From positions 141,158 to 205,157 of the forward strand of contig CAVZON010000007.1 in assembly GCA_963776925.1 (NCBI GenBank): a stretch of DNA of 64,000 nucleotides. The letters run 5' to 3'. The stretch is from an uncultured Chloroflexia bacterium. GTDB lineage: Bacteria; Chloroflexota; Limnocylindria; Limnocylindrales; CSP1-4. Within the stretch, counting starts at the first letter, position 1. Every line of letters begins with the position of its first letter. This document shows, in pieces, positions 23,263 through 31,382 of the stretch. The notes beneath the pieces were generated by a model, which did no database searches, had not been told where the DNA came from, and saw only the letters and a program-made list of their open reading frames with translations. Both the position numbers and the translations under genes were made by a program.

Positions 23263-25964
23263 TCAGTCTGCCGCCTCGACCGTGAGCGTGCCGGTCATGC
23301 CGGCCTCGGCGTGACCCTCGACGGTGCAGCGCACCACGTAGGTGCCCGGCCGATCGAGCACGAAGCGCAGCCGCTGGGTCTGGCCGGGCCGCGCACCGGC
23401 ATCGACGTTGGCCACGCCCTCGACCTCCCAGTCGTGGAAGATCGGGTCGTCGTTGGTGAACGTGACGACGACGACCTCGCCGGCGCGGACGGCCACGTCG
23501 GCCGGCTGGAAGCGGACGTCGCTGGCGGTGATGGCGACGTGCCGGGCGTTGGCGTCGATGAGCCGGTCCGCGGCCATCACGCCTCCGGCGAGGACGAGCG
23601 CCGCCAGGGCGATGGCGCCGAGGAACCAGGCCGCGCGGAGGTGTCCCGCATAGCCGTGGCGCCGCACCTCGTGGCGCGCCTGCGGCCGGGCGTCGTACCC
23701 GCGCAGCCGCAGGGCGTTGAGCACGACGCTGACCGACGAGAAGGCCATGGCCGCCGCGGCCAACGCCGGCGACAGGGCGATGCCGAAGGCCGGCACCAGG
23801 ACACCCATCGCGACCGGGATGAGCAGCACGTTGTAGGCGAATGCCCAGAACAGGTTCTGGCGGACGATCGTCATCGTCGCCCGGGACAGGCCGATGGCGG
23901 CCGGCACGAGCCGCGGATCGCCGCCGACGAGGGTCACCTCCGCGGCCTCGATCGCGACGTCGGTCCCGGTCCCGATGGCGATGCCCACGTCGGCCTGGGC
24001 CAGGGCCGGCGCGTCATTGATGCCGTCGCCGACCATCGCCACGGTCCGGCCGCGACCCTGCAGGTCGCGGATGACCCCGGCCTTGCCCTCGGGCAGGACC
24101 TCGGCCAGGACGCGGTGCACCGGGATGCCGACCTGGGCCGCCACCGCCAGGGCCGTGGACCGTCGGTCGCCGCTCACGAGCCAGGTCTCGATGCCGCCGT
24201 CGGTCAGCTCGCGGATCGCGGACGACGGCCTCGGCCTTGACCGGGTCGCTGATGGCCAGCAGCCCGGCCACCTGGCCATCGATGGCCACGAGCGTGACCG
24301 TCCGGTCGTTCGTCGCGGCCGCCTCGATGGCGCCGGTCAACGGGGCGAGGTCCACCCCGGCCTCGGCCAGCAGCCGCTCCGTCCCGACGATGACCGCGCG
24401 GACGATCCCGTCGTCGCCGCGGACGCTCGCCCGGACCCCGCCACCGACGACGGCCTCGAACGCGACGATCGGGGCGAACCCGAGCTCGTCGCGTCGGGCA
24501 CGGGCGACGATGGCCGCCCCGAGCGGATGCTCGCTGCCGGTCTCGGCGCTGGCCGCCAGGTCGAGCACGTCGGCGGGCGTGTGGCCGGGCGCTGCCACGA
24601 CCTCGACCACGGTCGGGCGCCCGAGCGTCAGCGTGCCGGTCTTGTCGAAGACGACGGTGTCGACGCGGTGGGCGATCTCGAGCGCCTCGCCGCCGCGGAT
24701 GAGGATGCCGGCCTCGGCGCCACGACCCGTCCCGACCATGATCGCGGTCGGCGTGGCCAGCCCGAGGGCGCATGGGCAGGCGATGACCACGACCGCGATG
24801 AACGAGGTCAGCGCCAGCGTCAGGCGCGGCTCCGGTCCGAACAGGAACCAGACGACGAACGTGCCGGCGGCAAGGAGCAGGACGGCCGGCACGAACACCT
24901 CGGCGATGCGGTCGACGAGGCGCTGGATCGGCGCCTTGCTCCCCTGCGCCCGGCCGACGAGGTCGACGATGCGGGCCAGGGCCGTGTCCCGGCCCACGGC
25001 GGTCGCGCGCATGACGAAGGTGCCGGTCGTGTTGCGCGTCGCGCCGATGACCGACGTCTCGGGTCCGACCTCGACCGGGATCGGCTCACCCGTGAGCATG
25101 CTCGTGTCGACGGCGGAGGCCCCCTCGACGACGATGCCATCGACCGGCACGGTCTCGCCGGCGCGGACGCGCAGCAGGTCGCCGACCACGACCGCCTCGA
25201 GCGCGACGTCGTCCTCGCGACCGTCGAGCAGCCGGTGGGCCGTCGCCGCCTGGAGCCCGATGAGCCGCCGGATGGCACCGGTCGCGCCGGCCTTGGCCCG
25301 CGCCTCCAGCCAGCGGCCGAGGAGGACCAGGCCGATGATGATCGTCGACGAGTCGAAGTACGTCTCCGGGTGGAGGCCGGCCTCGTGGATGACCTCGGGG
25401 AACGCGGTCACGACCACGCTGTAGGCCCACGCCGCGCTGGTCCCCACCGCGACGAGGGTGTCCATGTTCGCGGTGCCGTGGCGAGCGGCTCGCCAGGCCG
25501 GGCGGTAGAAGCGGCGTCCGGCCCAGACCTGGATGAACGTGGCCGGGATCAGCGCCAGCCGGTTGATGTCCTCCATCGGGATGGTCGTCTGCGGGCACGA
25601 ACATCGCGATCATGATCACGACGGCCACGCCGATCGACACGAGGGCCTCGCGCAGCAGCTCGCGGGCGTGCCGGTCGCGCTCGGCGTCCTCGGCCGTGAA
25701 CGTCGCCGCAAGGTCGTCGCGAGCGGATGCCGCCTCGCCGGTCGGGGCCGGTCGCACGTCATAGCCGGCGGCCTCGACCGCACCGACGAGGGCCGTCCGG
25801 TCGGCGACCTCGGGCAGGTAGCGGATGGTCGCGATCTCGGTGGCCAGGTTGACCGTCGCCGACTCCACGCCGTCGGTCTGGCGCAGGAACCGCTCGATGC
25901 GATTCACGCACGAGGCGCAGGTCATGCCCTCGATGGGCAGCTGGATCTCGGTGGGCGTCGTCAT
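23263..25964 (-). CDS. copA: copper-translocating P1B-type ATPase with an extra C-terminal TM helix and a fused cupredoxin-like domain; 2 frame breaks (about 25580 and 24230)
   Basis: N-terminal HMA domain: [57 protein letters not shown]. After the last canonical TM: an extra helix [22 protein letters not shown], then [30 protein letters not shown]...[17 protein letters not shown] (His, Cys, His, Met ligand pattern). Confidence 0.85.
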
Positions 25965-25979
25965 ACTCCCTGGGAGTAT
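25963..25979. promoter_or_regulatory. perfect 8+1+8 palindrome (candidate metalloregulator operator) overlapping the copA -10 element and start codon
   Basis: ATACTCCC-T-GGGAGTAT. On the copA strand: TATACT (25980-25975, -10-like), then cccagggagt, then ATG (25964). Confidence 0.55.
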
Positions 25980-26022
25980 ACCAGCGCGTGCCGGAACGCC
26001 CCGCGGCGGGCACACTCTGCCC

Positions 26023-26581
26023 ATGCCCGCGTCGCTCGTCATCGCCACGCTCGTCGCCCCGGACGGGCCGTTCCACGTCGCCGTCTCGGCTCGCGGCGTC
26101 GTCGCGGCGGAACGCGGTGGCGATCGCGCGGCCTTCGAGTCGATGCTCGGCGACGCGCTTCCACGGGCTGGCCGAGCCGACGCCGGCGGCGCAGCGGACG
26201 TTCCGGCGCCTGCTGCCCACGCTCGAGGCCATCCTCGACGGTGCCGAGCGCGATGTCCGACGCGTCCCGGTCGACCTCGCGGACCGTGCCCCGTTCGACC
26301 AGGCCGTGCTGGCTGCCGTGCGTGAGGTGCCGTGGGGCGAGACCGCGAGCTACGGGGAGATCGCCCGTCGGGTCGGCACGCCCCGGGCGGCGCGGGCGGT
26401 CGGTGGGGCCGTCGGCCGCTGCCCGGTGAGCACGTTCATCCCCTGCCACCGCATCATCGCCGCGGACGGCACGCTCGGCGGCTACGGCGGGGACGGCCCG
26501 GCCGACCGGGACGACGCCCTGGAGCACAAGCGGGCCCTCCTGCTGCGTGAAGGCATCACGGTCGGGCGGCGCGCAACGTAG
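26023..26581 (+). CDS. ogt: methylated-DNA-protein-cysteine methyltransferase; 1 frame break near 26155
   Basis: FDQAVLAAVREVPWGETASYGEIARRVG, VGGAVGRCPVSTFIPCHRIIAADGTLGGYGG (PCHR active site). Confidence 0.85.
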
Positions 26582-26639
26582 ACTCCCCGCGTACCGACGC
26601 CACCCGGGGTCCCGCCGCTTCCCACGAGGCCTCACGACC

Positions 26640-28478
26640 ATGTCCGCTGCGACGGCTCCCGCCCCGTCGATGTTCGCCGTCTTCCGCCGCCGCGACTTCT
26701 CGTTGCTGTGGCTGGCGCAGCTCATCTCGACGGCCGGGTCGTCCCTGACCGACCTCGCCGCCGGCATCTGGGTCTATCGCGAGACCGGGTCGGCGCTGGC
26801 CGTCGGCCTGACGCTGATGGCCACGGCCATCCCGAGCCTGGTCGTCGGGCTGCTCGCCGGCGTCTACGTCGACCGGCACGATCGCAAGAAGATCCTCGTG
26901 GGTGACCTGCCTGATCCAGGCGGTCGTCGTCGGCTTCATCGCGCTCGCCGTCGAGTTCGACTCGATCATCGGGTTGTACGCGCTGCTCCTGCTCAACGCC
27001 GGGGTCAAGCAGTTCTTCGACCCGGCCCACGACAGCCTCATCCCGGAGATGGCCAGCGACGAGGAGTTGGCCGCGGCCAACGCCTTCCTGTCGATCGCCG
27101 CCTTCGGTTCGACCGCGATCGGGTTCGCCGGCGCCGGGCCTGCTGGCCAGCACGGTCGGCCTGACCTGGGCGTTCATCCTCGACGCCGTCTCGTTCGTGG
27201 TGTGCGCCGTCCTCATCGGGCTGATGGGCCGCTACCCGATGCCGACCCCGGACGGGGACTCGAGCGTCAGCGGTCATCGTCGCCAACCTGAAGGACGGGC
27301 TGGGGATCCTGTTCGGCACGCCCGTCATCCGCTCGCTGCTCATCGTCGGCGCCTTCATGTTCGTCGCCTTCGGCCTGTGGAACGTCCTGCTCCTGCCGTT
27401 CTCGATCGTGGAGCTCGGCGCGACCGAGTTCGAGTACGGGTTGCAGGAGGGCCTGACCTCGGTCGGCTTCGTGGTCGGCTCGCTGTTCATGGCGCGCTTC
27501 GCCAAGCTCCTGCCCGAAGCGGCGTGGATCTTCGTGTCGATGCTGGCGATGGGCGTCCTGGGCATCGGCTACGCGTTGTCGACCACGGTGCCGGTGGCCA
27601 TCCTGCTGGTGACGCTGAGCGGGTTCGCCCAGCCACCGTCATCGGTCTCCCGCGCGGTCCTGCTCCAGCGCCACACGCCGCGCGAGGCGCGGGGCCGGGT
27701 CTTCTCCGCCTTCTACGTCATGCGCGACGTGATCTTCCTGATCGGCATGGCCGGCGCCGGGCTGGCGGACATCGTGGACATCCGGGTGCTCATCATCTTC
27801 GCGTCGAGCCTGCTGTTCGTGTCGGCCGCGTTCACGCTGTTCGCACCGGGCCTCGGGTACCGCACGTGGCGGACGGCGGCCGCGCGGCTTGCTCCGGCCG
27901 CCGGGCGCCCGGTCATGGCCGCCCTGCCGTATCGTGCCGCGACCCTGGCCGACTTCGACCGGCTCATCGGCAGGCTGCCGACGTTCGCGCGGCTGGCCGA
28001 CGACCAGCGAGCGGCCTTCGTGCACGACGCGACGGTCCGCGAGGTCCCGGCCGGGACCCGCGTCGTGGAGCACGGCGACGCCGCCTCGAACGCGTACTTC
28101 ATCCTCGACGGCGTGGCCAGCGCCGGGCGTCCCCGAGGAGGACGGCTCGTACCGCGGCCTGTCGACGATGCACGGTCGGCGACTTCTTCGGCGAGATCGC
28201 GGCCCTGACCGGCAGCCCGCGCACGGCCGACGTCGTGGCCGACGAGGACAGCGTCCTGCTCGAGGTCCCGGCCGAATCGCTGCGCGCGACGATGGTCGTG
28301 CCCGAGATCCAGCGGCTCGTCTTCTCGACGCTGACCTCACGCCTGCTGCGGACCGCAGGCGGCGGACCTGCCGCGTCTGGCCGGCCTCGACCAGGAGTCG
28401 CTGCGCGACCTGCGCACGCCCCAGCCGAGCGTCGAGGCGCTCCCCCGGTCCTACGCCGAGGGCGGTGGCACGACCTGA
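26640..28478 (+). CDS. second MFS transporter with C-terminal cyclic-nucleotide-binding domain; at least 5 frame breaks
   Basis: FAVFRRRDFSLLWLAQLISTAGSSLTDLAAGIWVY, LLNAGVKQFFDPAHDSLIPEM, FMFVAFGLWNVLLLPF, LQRHTPREARGRVFSAFYV. CNB part: LPTFARLADDQRAAF, NAYFILDGV, GDFFGEIAALTGSPRTADV. TGA 28476-28478. Confidence 0.8.
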
Positions 28479-28598
28479 CCCGTGTCAGGTAGGTGACAGG
28501 GGCCGCGGTCAGGCAGCATCTTCCCGAAGCGGTCGCCGACCCGTAGAGTGCGCACATCAACCAAGGCAGGATGGACGCGGGCGAAGGGACTGAACGTG

Positions 28599-28829
28599 AT
28601 GCAGAAGAACGTGAAACTGCCGAAGGAAGGCATCCATCTGACCCAACCGGACGGCGGCGAGAGCGCCCTGAAGTCGGAGCCGCTGATCGACAGCAACGAC
28701 GTGGAGGGCCACGGCCTTCCGCTCACCCCGCCGCCGAGCTTCGGCTCGCAGCGAACACCCGGCCACGGCGGCGAGAACATCCCGACGCCGGTCGACGACG
28801 ACAACGACGTCGAGGGCCACCGCGCATAG
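28599..28829 (+). CDS. small acidic Gly/His/Pro-rich protein (76 aa) with duplicated NDVEGH motif; hypothetical
   Basis: MQKNVKLPKEGIHLTQPDGGESALKSEPLIDSNDVEGHGLPLTPPPSFGSQRTPGHGGENIPTPVDDDNDVEGHRA. GAAGGGA lies about 10 nt upstream of the ATG and TAGAGT (-10-like) at 28544-28549. A terminator hairpin follows. Less GC-rich than the flanks. GTG 28596 is an alternative start. Confidence 0.55.
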   Translation: MQKNVKLPKEGIHLTQPDGGESALKSEPLIDSNDVEGHGLPLTPPPSFGSQRTPGHGGENIPTPVDDDNDVEGHRA

Positions 28830-28861
28830 CACTTCCCGGCTGACCAGCCACCGCACCGATG

Positions 28862-28893
28862 AGACCGCCCGGACCCCAGCCGGGCGGTCTTCT
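28862..28893 (+). terminator. stem-loop terminator after the small ORF (also 3' of the convergent S8 gene)
   Basis: AGACCGCCCGG-acccag(7 nt loop)-CCGGGCGGTCT (11-bp perfect stem, 28862-28872 / 28880-28890), then TCT. Confidence 0.6.
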
Positions 28894-28902
28894 CATGTCC
28901 GG

Positions 28903-29736
28903 CTAGGGCGTGGCCGCGTCTGCCGGACTGGCCGTCGCGGCGAGCAGGGCCTTGATCTCGAACGGGCTGGCCGCCGGGTAGCGCGAGCGCAGCCGGGCCG
29001 CCTGGCCGGCGAGGTGCGGCGCCGCGAACGAGTTGCCGGTCGCCCGGATCCGGCCGCCGTCCCGCCAGGCCACGTCGACGTCGACGCCGTACGCGCCGAA
29101 CTCGACCGGTGGTGACGGGTTGTAGAACCAGGTGTCGGGATCGGCGACGTCGTGCGCGGCGACCGAGACGACCGCGGCGAACGACGACGGGTACGACGGT
29201 CCCGGCAGGTTGTTGACCGCGCAGACGAGCAGGGTGTTGGCGAAGTACGCCCGATCGGCGACCTCGTGGAACGCCGCATACATCGCCTCCGATCGCGACG
29301 ACAGGCTGAGGTTGACGACCTCGATGCCCGCGTCGACCGCCCAGTCGACGGCGGCCGCGACCGCCCGGCCCTTGCCCCGGTTGTCCGCACCGAGGACCCG
29401 GATCGACCACAGCTCGGCCGCCGGAGCGATGCCGGCGATGATCCCGGCGCAGGCCGTGCCGTGGCCGACGACGTCGGTCGCCGTCGGGTCCTCGACGATG
29501 CGGGCGTCGTCGCCGTCCAGGTCGACCCGGTAGGTGTGGCGGAGCCGGTCGCCGACGGCCGGATGGCCGGCGTCGACGCCGGAGTCGATGACCGCCACGC
29601 GGACGCCCCGTCCGTCCGCCTCGCCGAAGACGCTGGCCCGATCGAGTCGGCCGAACGGCAACGGGACCTGGCGCTCGAGGTCGGACCGGTGGGCCGCTGC
29701 GAACGCCTCGCTCCAGGCGATGTGCGGCTCGGTCAT
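28903..29736 (-). CDS. S8 (subtilisin-like) serine peptidase without a signal peptide
   Basis: Triad contexts: VAVIDSGVD (Asp), VVGHGTACAGIIAG (His), ATGNSFAAPHLAG (Ser). No N-terminal hydrophobic segment. ATG overlaps the upstream stop (ATGA at 29733-29736). Intact, 277 aa. Confidence 0.85.
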   Translation of the reverse strand: MTEPHIAWSEAFAAAHRSDLERQVPLPFGRLDRASVFGEADGRGVRVAVIDSGVDAGHPAVGDRLRHTYRVDLDGDDARIVEDPTATDVVGHGTACAGIIAGIAPAAELWSIRVLGADNRGKGRAVAAAVDWAVDAGIEVVNLSLSSRSEAMYAAFHEVADRAYFANTLLVCAVNNLPGPSYPSSFAAVVSVAAHDVADPDTWFYNPSPPVEFGAYGVDVDVAWRDGGRIRATGNSFAAPHLAGQAARLRSRYPAASPFEIKALLAATASPADAATP

Positions 29737-30530
29737 CCCGATCGACTGGTGCGGCCGCTCCGGCCGGCGTGGCGGATGAGCGCGTCGAGCCAGTCGCTCG
29801 CGAGCTCGAGATGGTCCGGATCGGTGTCGACCAGCTGGGCGATCCGGTCGGCCAGGCGCCAGGCGGGATCGTCACGCTCCCGCGCGAGCGCCGCGGTGCG
29901 TCGCGCTGACGAGCGCCTCGACATCGCGCTCGCCGGCGGCATCGCCGAGGACCGCCTCGAGGCTGTCCGCAAGCAGGATCGCGGCATCGCGCTCGGCCCG
30001 GCCGGCGCGGGCGATGACGGTCGCCTCGCGGGCGAGCGCCGCGGCGATCTCGAGATCGTGGAGGTCGAACGACCCGCCGCCGCGCCGGTCGAGGACCTCG
30101 AGGACGCCGATCGCGCCCTGGTCGTCGATGAGCGGCGTCGCCAGCAGCGAGCTCGGCACGTAGCCGGTCGAGTCGGCCACGGATCGATCGAAGCGCGGGT
30201 CCTGGCGCGACGTCGGCGATGGCCAGCTGCTGGCCGGTCGAGAACGCGTAGCCGGCGATCCCCGCGGTCGCGGCGATGCCCAGCCCGACCACGTCACCGC
30301 TCGCCGGGCCGGCGGCCGCGACGAACACGAGCTGGTCGGTGGCCGGGTCGTGCAGGGCGATCGACGAGGCCTGCGCGTCGAGGACCGTCGCCGCCGTGGC
30401 GACGACCGCGTGCAGCAGCGGCTCGGCGGACCGCGGCTGGAGACGGTCGGCGGCGGCGAGCCGACGCGTGACCGCGACGAGCGTGTCGAGCGCCGGCGTC
30501 GCACCGGTCGCGGCCGTGATCGTCGGTCAT
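29733..30530 (-). CDS. GAF domain protein; about 3 frame breaks, start inferred
   Basis: LDTLVAVTRRLAAADRLQPRSAEPLLHAVVATAATVLDAQASSIALHDPATDQLVFVAAAGPASGDVVGLGIAATAGIAGYAFSTGQQLAIADV, then a frame change, then RQDPRFDRSVADSTGYVPSSLLATPLIDDQGAIGVLEVLDRR, then the tail RDDPAWRLADRIAQLVDTDPDHLELASDWLDAL. ATG 30530 overlaps the Crp stop (ATGA), but a frame change is needed within about the first 10 codons. Confidence 0.7.
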
Positions 30531-31264
30531 CGGCGGGCGGCCGCGGCCAGGCGGCTCGGATCGGGGATGACCAGGTCGTCGCCGTCGAAGCGGAGCAGCC
30601 CGTCGGCGACGAAGTCGGCGAGCAGGCGGTTCACCGTCTGGCGCGAGCCGCCGATCATGCCCGCCAGCTCGGCCTGGGTGTACGGCCAGGGCAGGCGCAT
30701 CTCGGTCCGCGGGAGGTCGGCGAGGTCGTCGTCCGAGCAGCCACGCTGTCGGGCGAGCTCGCGCAGGAGATGCCGGGCGAGCCGCCCGGGCAGGTCGAGG
30801 AAGTGGAGGTCCTCGACCTGGGCGGTCAGCCGCCGGATCTCCGCGGCCAGCGAGGCCAGCAGCGCCCGGCGCAGGGCCGGCTGCTCGTCGACCAGGCGAT
30901 CGAACGCGTCGCGGCGCAGGACGAGCGTCGTCACCGCGTCGAGGGCGACGGCCGTGGCCGACCGCGGCGCGCCATCGAGCAGGGCCAGCGTCCCGAAGAA
31001 CCCGCCCGGGCCGACGGTCGTCAGGATGGCCGGCTCCGAGCCGTCGTCCGCGGGCAGCGTGATCTTGACCTGGCCCTCGGCGACGACGAACAGGGCATCG
31101 CCCGGGTCGCCGGCGTGGAACACGGTCTCGCCCCGTCGGAACCGTCGCGGCCGGAGCGCGGCGGCCACGAGCCCGAGGGTCTCGTCGTCGACGCCCGCGA
31201 ACAGCCCGCACGCCTGGAGGGCGGCGATCGCCATGTCTGCGGGGACCCCCGAGGTACCGACCAT
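30527..31264 (-). CDS. Crp/Fnr family transcriptional regulator (CNB domain plus HTH)
   Basis: LQACGLFAGVDDETL, GDPGDALFVVAEGQVKI, GGFFGTLALLDGAPRSATAVA, YTQAELAGMIGGSRQTVNRLLADF. Intact. Possible starts: ATG 31264, ATG 31234 or GTG 31306. Confidence 0.85.
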   Translation of the reverse strand: MVGTSGVPADMAIAALQACGLFAGVDDETLGLVAAALRPRRFRRGETVFHAGDPGDALFVVAEGQVKITLPADDGSEPAILTTVGPGGFFGTLALLDGAPRSATAVALDAVTTLVLRRDAFDRLVDEQPALRRALLASLAAEIRRLTAQVEDLHFLDLPGRLARHLLRELARQRGCSDDDLADLPRTEMRLPWPYTQAELAGMIGGSRQTVNRLLADFVADGLLRFDGDDLVIPDPSRLAAAARR

Positions 31265-31290
31265 GGACCGATGGTAACGCCCTCCGTGGG

Positions 31291-31306
31291 GTGGTCGTCC
31301 GACCAC
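31291..31306. promoter_or_regulatory. inverted repeat GTGGTCG-TC-CGACCAC in the crp/cyclase divergent region
   Basis: Perfect 7-bp arms with a 2-nt spacer, read directly from the sequence. Confidence 0.4.
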
Positions 31307-31342
31307 GCCCGGCGCCGCCGTCGCGGGCCTGCGACGCGCGCT

Positions 31343-31360
31343 CGACCGTCCACACGGTCG
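31343..31360. promoter_or_regulatory. inverted repeat CGACCGT-CCAC-ACGGTCG just upstream of a -10-like TAGACT (31368-31373) of the cyclase gene
   Basis: Perfect 7-bp arms. It shares the GGTCG/CGACC half-site with the repeat at 31291. TAGACT lies 9 nt before ATG 31383. Confidence 0.4.
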
Positions 31361-31382
31361 CGGTCGCTAGACTCGGGGCTGC

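Noticed and set aside
31265-31382. A canonical CRP box (TGTGA-N6-TCACA) in the crp/cyclase intergenic region
   Set aside because: It is not present. The GTG…CAC palindrome at 31291-31306 has 10 nt rather than 8 nt between the GTG and CAC cores. I report the palindromes only as uncharacterised operators.
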